This document shows positions 17,862 through 27,733 of a stretch of 64,000 nt of DNA, in pieces. How positions within the stretch are numbered: the stretch's first letter is position 1; every line of letters starts with the position of its first letter. Below the pieces are notes generated by a model. It saw only the letters and a list, made by a program, of their open reading frames with translations, had not been told where the DNA came from and searched no databases. The stretch covers positions 96 to 64,095 of the forward strand of contig CAZQLQ010000005.1 of the NCBI GenBank assembly GCA_964594415.1. Reading direction: 5' to 3'. The translations under genes and the position numbers were made by a program. Source of the DNA: an uncultured Candidatus Saccharibacteria bacterium (lineage in GTDB: Bacteria; Patescibacteriota; CPR2; UBA1875; CAIMLA01).

Positions 17862-19654
17862 TTTTTCCTCCCTGAAATATTAAGGGCTAACCTATGTGCA
17901 TCAAAATAATTTTTAGAAAGCAACTTCCAACTGTAATTTTTCGCAACTTGACTTGCATGTATTCGAGAAAGCATCCGCTCGTCCCTATTAAGTGAAGCAT
18001 ATTTATAAAGGATGCTAGTCAGGTCTTTTAGCTCTTTGTTATAGTCATAGCCGGTTCTCTTAAGTATGTAGGTTCCGGGAAGCTTCCCAGGTTTTCCAAG
18101 CTTGTTAACGGCGAATCCGTAACCGGAAAGATCAGAGGCAACTGAGGGAACACCTAAAGCATTCGCTTCTAGTGGGGTATAACCCCACGGCTCGTAAAAA
18201 GAAGGAAAAATTCCAAGGTGAGCGCCTGTCATGAAATCGTACAGATTGGTATCCAAGAGTCCGTCAGAGCCATTTAGGTAAACCGGGATAGATACTACTT
18301 TTACTTTATCGGTAGAAGAGTTGTTAAGACCTTTTTCTTTTAGTCTTTTTGTTATTGCGTCCGAGTCAGCATTTCTTAGATTATGAGTACAAAGAAGCGG
18401 CTCCCCGGATTTTGAAAATTGCTTCATTTTCGCATAGATTTTATTTCTTAGCTCTTTTTCAAGGATAAGATCGTTGGTGATCTTGAATTCCCCGGCGCAA
18501 GCTCTGATTAATTTATGATAGATACTTTCCATTTCTGACTCAAGCAATTGATTTATATTTTCAAAGATAGCTTTGCTCTGGACTAATTCTGGTCTGATTT
18601 CGTTTACTGCCGTTGGTACCGATAAAAATGCAACAACTGTTTTTTCACTATTTTCTGATTTTAACTTTTTATTTAATTCCCCTAGAGAGTCGATAAACAA
18701 ATCTATGCCTTTTGCGTGCATTTCATATCGGGCAACCAAAAAATAAATAAGAGTTTTGTCCAAATTGAATCTATAATAAGGGAAAAAATAATACATTAAA
18801 AAGTCTTTAATTATCCGCTTAAATTCAGTGTGTCTAAAAGTTATTTCCTCGGTATCAGGGAATGATTTTAAGTTAAGCCCGTTGTTTAAAATTACCTCGG
18901 GCCTTCTTCCATAAAAATGTTCAGCCTCTATGGCAGTTATATCTGAAACAGTAGTGAGGACGTCACAGTTAGCAGCTACACTTTTTTCAAGCAAATGTTT
19001 TGGGGTGATGCCTAATTCTGCTGCTTTTTGATCCGGATTTATATTCCCAATGTCTTTATAAAAATTAATTTCAGCAGATGAAAGTACTCTTCCTAAAAAT
19101 GTAGCATGGGTAGTAAAAACCGTAGCTATGTTTACTCCAACTTTTTTGAGATAAAGAATAGCAGTTCCTGCCAGCCATTCATGGGAATGCAGGATTACTT
19201 CTTCGCTTTTAAGGCAATTGTTTTTAATAATTTCAAGAATTTTAGCTACCGCCCAAGACCAAGCAACTGGTTCGTCATAATCAAAGCATGCGCTTATAGA
19301 ATCAATCTGGTACCATTCCCAAAGAGCCTTCTTTATATTGTTTACTTCAGGTAAAAAGTTTTTAAAATCAACTAAAATTACTTGCGGGGCGGATCCTATC
19401 AGCCATCTTCCATAATGAATTTCAATACCGTTTTTATCTAATTCGTCCGCTATATTTTTTAAAAAATCAGGTAATTCTTCCTGCTCAAATTGAGAAAATG
19501 AAGTTTCTCCTAAAAAAGGGCCAATTAAAAAGTAATTGTCCTCGTACTCAGTTTGCATACAATCAGATTTTGATTCTAGAACTGTATAAATTCCGCCGAT
19601 TTTGTTGCATACTTCCCAAGATGCTTCAAACAAAAAAGGTTTTTTTGTTTTCAT
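17858..19654 (-). CDS. Glycogen synthase, eukaryotic-type (GT3 family)
   Basis: N-terminal 'FEASWEVCNKIGGIYTVL' closely matches the GT3 glycogen synthase signature 'FEVAWEVANKVGGIYTV'. Confidence 0.6.
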   Translation of the reverse strand: MKTKKPFLFEASWEVCNKIGGIYTVLESKSDCMQTEYEDNYFLIGPFLGETSFSQFEQEELPDFLKNIADELDKNGIEIHYGRWLIGSAPQVILVDFKNFLPEVNNIKKALWEWYQIDSISACFDYDEPVAWSWAVAKILEIIKNNCLKSEEVILHSHEWLAGTAILYLKKVGVNIATVFTTHATFLGRVLSSAEINFYKDIGNINPDQKAAELGITPKHLLEKSVAANCDVLTTVSDITAIEAEHFYGRRPEVILNNGLNLKSFPDTEEITFRHTEFKRIIKDFLMYYFFPYYRFNLDKTLIYFLVARYEMHAKGIDLFIDSLGELNKKLKSENSEKTVVAFLSVPTAVNEIRPELVQSKAIFENINQLLESEMESIYHKLIRACAGEFKITNDLILEKELRNKIYAKMKQFSKSGEPLLCTHNLRNADSDAITKRLKEKGLNNSSTDKVKVVSIPVYLNGSDGLLDTNLYDFMTGAHLGIFPSFYEPWGYTPLEANALGVPSVASDLSGYGFAVNKLGKPGKLPGTYILKRTGYDYNKELKDLTSILYKYASLNRDERMLSRIHASQVAKNYSWKLLSKNYFDAHRLALNISGRKK

Positions 19655-19672
19655 TTACCCTCCATCCCTAAA

Positions 19673-20926
19673 TTATACCACCTGTGGTGTTGCTACACTC
19701 AAGGTTTTTATCTCGTTTTCAACGAGATTATTTTCAATCTCTGCTAGTTTTTCCTCCACTCTGAAAATAAAGTCAGTAATCACGTTTGCAAAAAAGATGT
19801 ATCCATCATGCGGTCTTTCATAAGCACTAAAATATTTGTGTACGTCACCATCGTTAAAATATTTGGTGCACATATAATAAAAGTTATCTGAAGTTTGTAA
19901 TTTACGCCATTCATTTAGTAAAGTTTCGTCACAGCATTTTTTTACTTTTTCTTCTATTTGGTATAAAAGATCGAGCGAGGTTCTTTGCATATGGTTCCCT
20001 ATCCAGGCTGAAAGGTCCCGTTCAGTATCTGCCCAAGAAACAGGCTCTACCATCGATATTTTATCCATAGCGGGGTATCTTTTTGCCTCTTCGCTTACTG
20101 TAATGAAGTCCATATCCGAATGTTTAAAAATTTCCTCAGGCATATGTCGCATAAAATCAAAAATTCCGGTATCTGCCCACTGGTGTTCACCAAACGTCTC
20201 GTAGTCCATAAATAGATTAATTACCTGTCCATTACCGTTAACTGCGGTTACCCATGAGGCAAATTTTTCAGCGCTCAGCGGCCATTCTTGCCAGGCTCTA
20301 TTTGAGAAACGAAATGCGATATCGTCAGAAAGCTTATAATTCTTCAGTAGTAATCTAACTGGCGCATCTACGGCCTCATATACGAAATTTGGGCTTTTCC
20401 AGTGAAGAACCTTATCCCAGCCTTCCGCTAGAACTGCCTTAAATCCGAGCGTAGAAACCATTTTCGATAAATAATCAAAATATACCAGCTCTGTATTTCT
20501 GAATACTTTTGGTTTTTTACCAAAAAGTTTTTCAATAGTTTCCATATGCTTTTTAACTTGTTCAAGAAATTCTTTTTCCGAGTAGATAGAAGCTAGGGAA
20601 TGATAATATGTTTCAGCTAAGAACTCCACGTGTCCTGTGGCTGCAAGTTCTTGAAAGCTTTGAATGAGGTCTGGGCGCCATTTTTGAGCTTGATCTAGGA
20701 AAGTTCCGGAAATACTATAGCTTATCTTGAATTTACCGTCGTATTTTTTTATCAACTCAAGAAGTAATTTATTTGTTGGTACGTAACATTTTGTTGCAAC
20801 TTTGTTTAGAATCGCTTTATTTTTTTTATCATCAAAATAATTTTCATTTTTTCCAATATCAATGACACGAAAATCCTTGATTCTTTCCGGCTGGTGAACG
20901 TGAAAATACATGCAAACGCTAGGCAT
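19673..20926 (-). CDS. Glycoside hydrolase family 57 protein (alpha-glucan branching or 4-alpha-glucanotransferase-like)
   Basis: N-terminal 'YFHVHQP' (GH57 HQP motif), 'ISGTFLDQ', and 'HVEFLAETYYH'. Confidence 0.55.
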   Translation of the reverse strand: MPSVCMYFHVHQPERIKDFRVIDIGKNENYFDDKKNKAILNKVATKCYVPTNKLLLELIKKYDGKFKISYSISGTFLDQAQKWRPDLIQSFQELAATGHVEFLAETYYHSLASIYSEKEFLEQVKKHMETIEKLFGKKPKVFRNTELVYFDYLSKMVSTLGFKAVLAEGWDKVLHWKSPNFVYEAVDAPVRLLLKNYKLSDDIAFRFSNRAWQEWPLSAEKFASWVTAVNGNGQVINLFMDYETFGEHQWADTGIFDFMRHMPEEIFKHSDMDFITVSEEAKRYPAMDKISMVEPVSWADTERDLSAWIGNHMQRTSLDLLYQIEEKVKKCCDETLLNEWRKLQTSDNFYYMCTKYFNDGDVHKYFSAYERPHDGYIFFANVITDFIFRVEEKLAEIENNLVENEIKTLSVATPQVV

Positions 20927-22187
20927 TTTTCACTCCTTTTAAGGTTCTTTTATATACTTCATTCATTTCTTTTGCAGCTTTTTCCCAGGTTAATAATTTT
21001 GCTTCTGCCTTTGCGTTTTTTACTAGCTCTTTAGCGTATTCTTCGTCTTCGAGTATTTTAATAATCTCCTCAGAGGTTTTTTCGATGTCCCAGAAGTCAA
21101 CTTTTACGGATGACTTTAGAACTTCTGAAATTCCAGAATTTTTGGAAATAACTACTGGTGTCCCATTTTGGGTTGCCTCTAAAGGTACAAGACCAAATGG
21201 TTCAGAAACGGATGGCATTACAAATACGTCAGCCATCTGGTAGGCCATATCTTGATCGGCATTTGCTAACCAGCTTGTATAAAGCAATTTTCCAGTTAAG
21301 CCTTCCCTGGCTCCCTCTTCAATTAATTTATTCTGCATATCACCAGGACCTACCATCATAAATTTTACATTAGGATGCAAATCAGTTACTCTTTTCGCTA
21401 CTTTTAAAAAGTAATCTGGCCCTTTTTGATACGTAATTCTTCCCAGGTATAAAACTATTTTAAAATGCTTCTTTATCGGGTTCTCTGGATATTTAATGAC
21501 TTCCCGGGGGGTAATACCATTATGGACGACATCGATTTTGTTAGGATTAACCCCATAATTATCACAAATAACTTTCTTTGTATAGTTGCTTACCGCGACA
21601 ATTCTATTTGCAGCTTTAAGCCCTTTCTTTTCTGTCTCATAAATATATTTTCCGTCATGTCTGTCAATTTCTGTGGCATGAACTTGAGTAAGCAAAGGCA
21701 CGTTTCTTCCTTTTTTCTTGGCTACGTTTCTTGCGGCTATTCCAGCCTGATAAGTCATCCAGTCGTGTGCGTGAATTATGTCATAATCTAGGTTTTCGCA
21801 AAGAGCTTTAACTCCCTTGATGTATAAATTGACATTTGGCAAAACTGATTTCTCTTGATCAAATAAACATGCTGTACACATCAGAGATTCATCGATTTTT
21901 ACGCTAAAACCTTGGTATCCATTTACTAAGGAGCATTTATTCTTTTTAGCCATCTTAAGGCAATATTCATCATGCTCATCCCCAAATATTTGTTTTGATG
22001 CGTCTAGAACGTTCATCCATGAGTAATCACCGCCATAAATCTTTGGCAATATAAAATCAATCTCCACTCCAAGGCCGGCAAGGCCTTTTGTGAGTCCCTC
22101 ACAAGCATTACCTAACCCACCGGAGTGAAAGGGCGGCAATTCCCAACCAAGCATCAAGACTTTTATGGCCCCCTCCTGTGTATTCAT
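20919..22187 (-). CDS. glgA: Glycogen/starch synthase-like glycosyltransferase (GlgA-like, GT5/GT4)
   Basis: 'GWELPPFHSGGLGNA', 'IIHAHDWMTYQAG', and 'MPSVSEPFGLVPLEA' parallel GlgA motifs. Confidence 0.6.
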   Translation of the reverse strand: MNTQEGAIKVLMLGWELPPFHSGGLGNACEGLTKGLAGLGVEIDFILPKIYGGDYSWMNVLDASKQIFGDEHDEYCLKMAKKNKCSLVNGYQGFSVKIDESLMCTACLFDQEKSVLPNVNLYIKGVKALCENLDYDIIHAHDWMTYQAGIAARNVAKKKGRNVPLLTQVHATEIDRHDGKYIYETEKKGLKAANRIVAVSNYTKKVICDNYGVNPNKIDVVHNGITPREVIKYPENPIKKHFKIVLYLGRITYQKGPDYFLKVAKRVTDLHPNVKFMMVGPGDMQNKLIEEGAREGLTGKLLYTSWLANADQDMAYQMADVFVMPSVSEPFGLVPLEATQNGTPVVISKNSGISEVLKSSVKVDFWDIEKTSEEIIKILEDEEYAKELVKNAKAEAKLLTWEKAAKEMNEVYKRTLKGVKNA

Positions 22188-22244
22188 ACTTTTTATATTT
22201 TATAACTTTTATAATTAAACAACAAGAATATATTTAATGAAAAA

Positions 22245-22264
22245 AGCCGACGTTATTGTCGGCT
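22245..22264 (-). terminator. Intrinsic terminator overlapping the stop of the 22263..22601 gene
   Basis: agccgacg-ttat-tgtcggct hairpin flanked by A/T runs. Confidence 0.6.
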
Positions 22265-22601
22265 AAAAATGTGTTGGATGGGGCGATCTGGGAGTTAGAC
22301 GTTTTTTTTCTATTGAAATATTTTGTTCAACTATGTTTTCGATTCTTAAATTGTAAATATCTTTGTAATCATACCAATCTTTTGTTTGAATTATCTCTTT
22401 TCGAATTTTCCAGATAAGAACTTCGATCAAATAGTCTTCATAATAACTTCTGTCAAATTTTCTTTTATATGCGTTTAGAGTAATATCATCCGTTTCGATA
22501 TCTAAAAAAATAACATGAAATCCTTTTAGAAAAACCTTAACTTGTACAGAAATTTGTGCATCGTTTTGTTTCTTAAAAGATATTTGTTGCAACTGCTTCA
22601 C
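22263..22601 (-). CDS. Hypothetical protein
   Basis: ORF only. Confidence 0.35.
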   Translation of the reverse strand: MKQLQQISFKKQNDAQISVQVKVFLKGFHVIFLDIETDDITLNAYKRKFDRSYYEDYLIEVLIWKIRKEIIQTKDWYDYKDIYNLRIENIVEQNISIEKKRLTPRSPHPTHF

Positions 22602-22625
22602 CGCCTTTAACTCAAGTTCTACAAA

Positions 22626-22946
22626 CTACGATGTCAATACCATGTAATGCACATAAAAGATGTTGTTCAGATGAATATTCTTTATTTTTATTTTTAGTCG
22701 TTGGACGATACCTGTTTTTCTTGCTTCCAACCTGATCAAATGCAACAATCTCTCATTCATTAGCATATCTAGCGGGCATTCTGGATCATTATAGATGAAA
22801 GCAGTTATTAACCATTGATAGATAGTGAGTTTGAGCTCTACTTGTTCTGGCCCTAGTTTGATAACAAACTTTGCTTTGACCGGCTTATCTTTTTTGACGG
22901 AGATCACTTGTATTCCCTCCTTTTCTATTTGATTATTAATGTTCAT
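22626..22946 (-). CDS. Hypothetical protein
   Basis: ORF only. Confidence 0.35.
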   Translation of the reverse strand: MNINNQIEKEGIQVISVKKDKPVKAKFVIKLGPEQVELKLTIYQWLITAFIYNDPECPLDMLMNERLLHLIRLEARKTGIVQRLKIKIKNIHLNNIFYVHYMVLTS

Positions 22947-22996
22947 TTCGATTGTTGTCTTTTATTGAAGATATTTTATTTGAACCATTTAAAAAA

Positions 22997-23027
22997 GCAA
23001 TAGGTACAATGTGTTCAATCTATTGCT
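22997..23027 (-). terminator. Intrinsic terminator, bidirectional-looking, downstream of mscL
   Basis: agcaatag...ctattgct hairpin flanked by A6 and T6 runs. Confidence 0.6.
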
Positions 23028-23035
23028 TTTTTAGA

Positions 23036-23341
23036 TTATTTTTCTGCTTTTTTGTCTAGTTTATCTACGCCAAGCTTCTTGACCCCGAAATATACCACAA
23101 AAGCAATTACTAGAAAATCGATTAATATACTTGCAAAGTTACCCCAAGATATTGTTGCTTCCCCTACTTCATAAGTAGCCTTTTGAAGCCCTTCAGTGGA
23201 GCCGAGAACTAGCCCAAGCAGAGGGTTAATAATATCTGTTACTAATGAGGATACTACTTTGGCGATCGCGCCTCCTAGAATAAATCCTACCGCAAGACCG
23301 ACAACGCCCTGCTCTCTAATAAAATTAATAAATCCTTTCAT
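23036..23341 (-). CDS. mscL: Large-conductance mechanosensitive channel
   Basis: 'FIREQGVVGLAVGFILGGAIAKVVSSLVTDIINPLLG'. Confidence 0.85.
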   Translation of the reverse strand: MKGFINFIREQGVVGLAVGFILGGAIAKVVSSLVTDIINPLLGLVLGSTEGLQKATYEVGEATISWGNFASILIDFLVIAFVVYFGVKKLGVDKLDKKAEK

Positions 23342-23455
23342 ACTAGCTCCTTCACGTTATTTATGTTTTCATTCTAGCATAATTTTTGCTACTAAAAAGC
23401 TTTTTTTTGACTCTAGTTTATGGTATATTAATTTGTTATTTAAATCGGTGGATGG

Positions 23456-26400
23456 ATGGAAACTGGATTTCAAATATTTTTTGATATTACTGGAAGGAGG
23501 CGTAAGATTACGGACTTCTTTCTTTCGATTTTTCTAATCTTTTCAAGTTGCTTACTGCTTTTTATAGGAGCCAAAATCATTGGCGTGGAGGGTATAAAGA
23601 AAATAGGGAAAAAGATAAATAATCAAGAATATAGTCATGAAACAAAAGTTGCTATGTTATATACAGAAAATCATGAAAGCTCCTTAAAAATTTTTAGCGA
23701 GCAAGTGAGCAATCTTGATACATTGATCGTCCCAAGGTATCTCATTGCAGACAAAGTAATTAATATACCAGAAGACTATGAATTGCTAGTAAAAAACATG
23801 GAGTATATTGAAACAAATAGCCCGACACATTACAAAAAATTTTTTTTATTGAGCGAAGTTAATTATTCTATACCTCCAACTGAGCGCCAAAACAGAAGAG
23901 TAAATAATGACTTTATCTACCTGGGAGAGAAAAACTTAGATCAGATAGTCAATGATTTGGTAAAAAATGATATCGACGGCTTGTTATTGGAGGTTGACTT
24001 TAGCGATCTAGAAGCCGAAACTTTATTGCCTCAATATTTGAATCAGATAAATACAATAAAGAGACTTTTTGAAATTAACAATCTCAAATTGGGACTTAAG
24101 TTTAGAATTAACGACTTCAGCGAAAAAAAATTAGATTTTTTCTCCAGGGCTGATCTTTTATATATTGATTACGATTACTCATCAGGATTTAATTTAGCCT
24201 TGAATAGTTTTTCTGAAAAAAAAGACTTACTCGGAGGTAAAAAAATTATTTTTGAATTACCCACTATATCACAAAAAACAAGCCTTGATTTGTCAAATGA
24301 TTATATTAATAGTATTGATTATGCCGAAATAGAGAAATTGATTCTTGAAACAAAAATTAGTAACAGGGATTTTGAGGACCCAGCTTTTACCAGAGATAAT
24401 TTTAAATATATATTAAGAGACGCAGTCAGCTCATATAATTACATGACCAAAATAGAGTCTAATACTTTGTCTGGCAGTAACGAGATTATGGAATATTCTG
24501 TCTGCGATCCTGGATTTGAAGAGTTTACGGTATGGAATATTATTACTGATAATTTTAGTTCTGAAAAAATTAGTTTGTTATCTAATAATATAAAATCTAC
24601 CGTCAAAGTAAACTTATTGGGTGAAGGAAAAATATTTGGTGTTTATGACTCATCAGAATTTGGTATAAGAGAGTTGGAAACGGATGGCAACAACACAATA
24701 ATCACTAGCACAGTAAAAAAGAGTTATAAGCCAGGAACAGTTATAAAATCGGGGAAAAAGGAAAATAAGATTGCACTAACCTTTGACGACGGTCCTCACC
24801 CTGTCTATACGAAAAAGATTTTAGATATTTTAGACAAATATAATGTAAAGGCAACATTTTATATGGTTGGTGAAAATATAGCCTCTTATCCTTCATTGGC
24901 AAAAGAGATTGCTGATAAAGGGCATGAGATAGAAAACCATAGTTATAGCCACCCGCATTTCAACTTTTTGGACGCCGAGTCATTAGTCAATCAGATTGCT
25001 TCTGATAATAAATTAATAGAAGAGATTACTGGTAAAAAGCCAAAATATTTTCGTCTCCCCTATGGAGAGGATAACGAGCTTGATACATCATCTGATTTTG
25101 AGTATTTATTGATGCTTAAAAATGAAGGCCTTAAAGCAAGTGAGTACGATATTGACTCAAAGGATTGGACTTCTTCCAGTGGTAAGCAGATAGAAGATAA
25201 GGTAATAAATGATATTGAGAAGTCAAATGGTAATTACAGTCAAATACTGTTTCATGATTCTAGTGTCAATTCCATAAAGACCATAGAAGCTCTTCCTCAA
25301 ATCATTGAGTATTTAATGAAAAAAAATATAGAGATCGTTCTTGTAAGCGAATTATCACAAGAAGAAAAGCAGCAAAACTCAAATGTAACAAATATTAGTA
25401 CTGCAATTGATTTAATGAACAAGATTATGAAATTTTTTTCATATCTAATGATTTTCTTTTTTGGCTTTTCAGTCTTTAAATACACCTGGGTCATTGTTGG
25501 GATGGTTATCTACAATATAAAGAGAGTCCTTAAAAACAACAAAACAAAGGAAGTAACCGAATATAACAAGAAGATATCTATAATAATTGCTTGTTATAAT
25601 GAGGAAAAGGTTATCGGAAAGACGATTGAGTCTTTACAACTAAATGGTTATCACAATATAGAAATTATTATTTCTAACGATGGTTCAGTTGATAAGACAG
25701 CGGAAATAGTAAGAGAATATGCATCTTCTGACGATAGAATCGTTTTATTGGATCTTGAACACGGCGGGAAAGCGAAGGCAATTGATGCAGGTATTTATGC
25801 GAGTACTGGCGAATGGCTTGTTTTTTGCGACGCTGATACGATTTTTAAAAAAGATTCAATAAAAAAATTCTCTAATTTGATTGCGCAAAACGGAAAATTG
25901 GCAGCTGTTGCAGGAAGAATTCTTGTTGGTAATAATCTTAACTTATTAACATATTCTCAGTTTATTGAATATGCTATTGCACATCGTTTCTTGAAGCCCA
26001 CACAAGATGTATTCAATTCAATTACTGTGGTTCCTGGCGCTATTGGGCTTTGGAATAAATCAAAGCTTTTAAAAGCAGGTGGTTTTGCTCCGAATACTCT
26101 CGCAGAAGACGCAGACACGACGATAAAAGTAGTAAGTCTTGGCAATAGAGTGAGATTTGACGACGACGTTGTGGCGAAAACTGAAGTTCCGGAAACCTTG
26201 AGAATGTTGTTTAAGCAAAGAACGAGGTGGCAACTTGGAAATATGCAAGCGTTAAGGAAACATTACAAGGGCTTTATGAACTACAGATATGGCCCAATAG
26301 GATTTATCGGGCTGCCCATGCTTTTTATTGAGATCACAAATGCTGTTTTGTTTCCTATGTTTATCCTTTTTATTGCTTGGCTTTTTATCGCTGATTATAA

Positions 26401-26704
26401 CAATATGAGTTATGTTTTTTCAGCTATGCAGGTCGAATATATTTATTCGGAAACTTTTAGGCAAATGTCAATGGCCTTACTTTTATTTGAAATATTCTTA
26501 TGTGTAGGGTCAATTACGGTTGAAGAGGCTTATCCAAGAACTAAGCTAACTGCTTTTGCTACCCTACCCTTCTATTTTACTTTTTATAAGTTTTTTTTAA
26601 GTTATTGTGCGATAGTTTCATTCCTCCGGGCATTAAGAGGAACAAGTCAGGGCTGGGGCCATATGACAAGGACCTCGCATGTCAAGTTGAAGGATGTTGT
26701 ATAA
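23456..26704 (+). CDS. Multidomain membrane protein: N-terminal TM and ~380-aa domain of unknown fold, then a NodB polysaccharide deacetylase, then a processive family-2 glycosyltransferase (NodC/PgaC/chitin-synthase-like) with C-terminal TM helices
   Basis: NodB domain 'ALTFDDGPHPVYTKKILDILDKYNVKATFYMVGENI...HSYSHP'. GT2 domain 'ISIIIACYNEEK', 'CDADT', and 'QRTRWQLG' (QxxRW motif). Confidence 0.7.
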   Translation: METGFQIFFDITGRRRKITDFFLSIFLIFSSCLLLFIGAKIIGVEGIKKIGKKINNQEYSHETKVAMLYTENHESSLKIFSEQVSNLDTLIVPRYLIADKVINIPEDYELLVKNMEYIETNSPTHYKKFFLLSEVNYSIPPTERQNRRVNNDFIYLGEKNLDQIVNDLVKNDIDGLLLEVDFSDLEAETLLPQYLNQINTIKRLFEINNLKLGLKFRINDFSEKKLDFFSRADLLYIDYDYSSGFNLALNSFSEKKDLLGGKKIIFELPTISQKTSLDLSNDYINSIDYAEIEKLILETKISNRDFEDPAFTRDNFKYILRDAVSSYNYMTKIESNTLSGSNEIMEYSVCDPGFEEFTVWNIITDNFSSEKISLLSNNIKSTVKVNLLGEGKIFGVYDSSEFGIRELETDGNNTIITSTVKKSYKPGTVIKSGKKENKIALTFDDGPHPVYTKKILDILDKYNVKATFYMVGENIASYPSLAKEIADKGHEIENHSYSHPHFNFLDAESLVNQIASDNKLIEEITGKKPKYFRLPYGEDNELDTSSDFEYLLMLKNEGLKASEYDIDSKDWTSSSGKQIEDKVINDIEKSNGNYSQILFHDSSVNSIKTIEALPQIIEYLMKKNIEIVLVSELSQEEKQQNSNVTNISTAIDLMNKIMKFFSYLMIFFFGFSVFKYTWVIVGMVIYNIKRVLKNNKTKEVTEYNKKISIIIACYNEEKVIGKTIESLQLNGYHNIEIIISNDGSVDKTAEIVREYASSDDRIVLLDLEHGGKAKAIDAGIYASTGEWLVFCDADTIFKKDSIKKFSNLIAQNGKLAAVAGRILVGNNLNLLTYSQFIEYAIAHRFLKPTQDVFNSITVVPGAIGLWNKSKLLKAGGFAPNTLAEDADTTIKVVSLGNRVRFDDDVVAKTEVPETLRMLFKQRTRWQLGNMQALRKHYKGFMNYRYGPIGFIGLPMLFIEITNAVLFPMFILFIAWLFIADYNNMSYVFSAMQVEYIYSETFRQMSMALLLFEIFLCVGSITVEEAYPRTKLTAFATLPFYFTFYKFFLSYCAIVSFLRALRGTSQGWGHMTRTSHVKLKDVV

Positions 26705-27581
26705 TATATACATGATAAAAAAACAAATTTTAATTTTTGTTCTTGTTTTTAGTGTTTTTATAAGACCTAGCTCTGTTCTTGCGTTAAGCGATAGGGCAAA
26801 TATTGTTGGTGCTACTTATTATGGCGGCTACTTTGACGAAGAACAAGACAGCTGGTTTATTGATAACGTAAATCAGTGCACAAGAATTGAGAATGGCGAG
26901 TTTACGGCAGAATCACTTGGAGCAAAGATTAGTGAGGAATGTAGTGACGATAATGGTCTTGGATATGTTGATAATGAGCCGTTACACAATAGAGTCAGTT
27001 TCGCAGAGCTCAGTAATAATTACCTGGATCCTGATTTTGCGGCACTTGGAGATTTGCCATACGGTTCCAAATTAGAGATCAATTATAACGGAAAGTGCCT
27101 TATAGCAGAAAAACTAGACATAGGGCTTGGCGGGACTGATGTGAAGGATTATCATCGGTCAATCGATTTATGGTGGCAGACCGCCAAAACTCTTGGCTTT
27201 GAGAGTGGTTTTGATGTGGTATCGGTCAGGTTAGTGGATGCCAACACGCCTCTCACTCCCTTAGGCAAACTAATAAAATGTAGCGACACATCCACTACTG
27301 CAACAGCAGTTTCTAGCACGCAAAGTCAAAGTCAGACTTATCCTACAACAACTATTTCAACAAAAAGCTTGGGTGGTGATCAAGTCGCCTCGAAAAGCAA
27401 ATTAAAAACACAGGAAAACGAAGAAGAGAGCAGGTTTTTGTTTAATAACCTTTGCATTTTATTAGGAATAATCATTGGTTTTATATCAATTGGATTATCG
27501 TGGTATTTCTTGTTTTATAAAAAAAAGCAAATAAAAAAAGCTCGCTTTGGTAAGCGAGCTCGTAAGGGCAAAATTACTTAG
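26694..27581 (+). CDS. Secreted 3D-domain / RlpA-like double-psi beta-barrel protein with C-terminal TM anchor
   Basis: Signal peptide 'ILIFVLVFSVFIRPSSVLA'. 'PYGSKLEINYNGKCLIAEKLDIGLGGTDVKDYHRSIDLWWQTAKTLGF' resembles the 3D/YuiC/RlpA DPBB. An S/T-rich linker precedes a TM helix and a basic tail. Confidence 0.5.
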   Translation: MLYNIYMIKKQILIFVLVFSVFIRPSSVLALSDRANIVGATYYGGYFDEEQDSWFIDNVNQCTRIENGEFTAESLGAKISEECSDDNGLGYVDNEPLHNRVSFAELSNNYLDPDFAALGDLPYGSKLEINYNGKCLIAEKLDIGLGGTDVKDYHRSIDLWWQTAKTLGFESGFDVVSVRLVDANTPLTPLGKLIKCSDTSTTATAVSSTQSQSQTYPTTTISTKSLGGDQVASKSKLKTQENEEESRFLFNNLCILLGIIIGFISIGLSWYFLFYKKKQIKKARFGKRARKGKIT

Positions 27582-27683
27582 ACAATCTCTTTATTTTTTT
27601 AGGAGTTTGGCCGACCCAGATTCTGGTTTTGCCTCCAAGAATACTTTCGACTTCCTTTTTAGGCCTATATTCAATAAAAATAA

Positions 27684-27705
27684 AACCCACGCAATCGCGT
27701 GGGTT
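27684..27705 (-). terminator. Intrinsic terminator ending the three-gene small-ORF operon
   Basis: aacccacgc-aatc-gcgtgggtt hairpin, then 'ttattttta' on the minus strand, about 30 nt after the stop at 27734. Confidence 0.65.
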
Positions 27706-27733
27706 AAATAATAGCTGTTCTTGTTCTTTTGTT

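Noticed and set aside
23342-23455. A candidate promoter 'TTGACT...TATATT/TATTAAT' for the 23456 gene
   Set aside because: The spacer lengths (11-13 nt) do not fit a sigma70 promoter well, so it was left uncalled.
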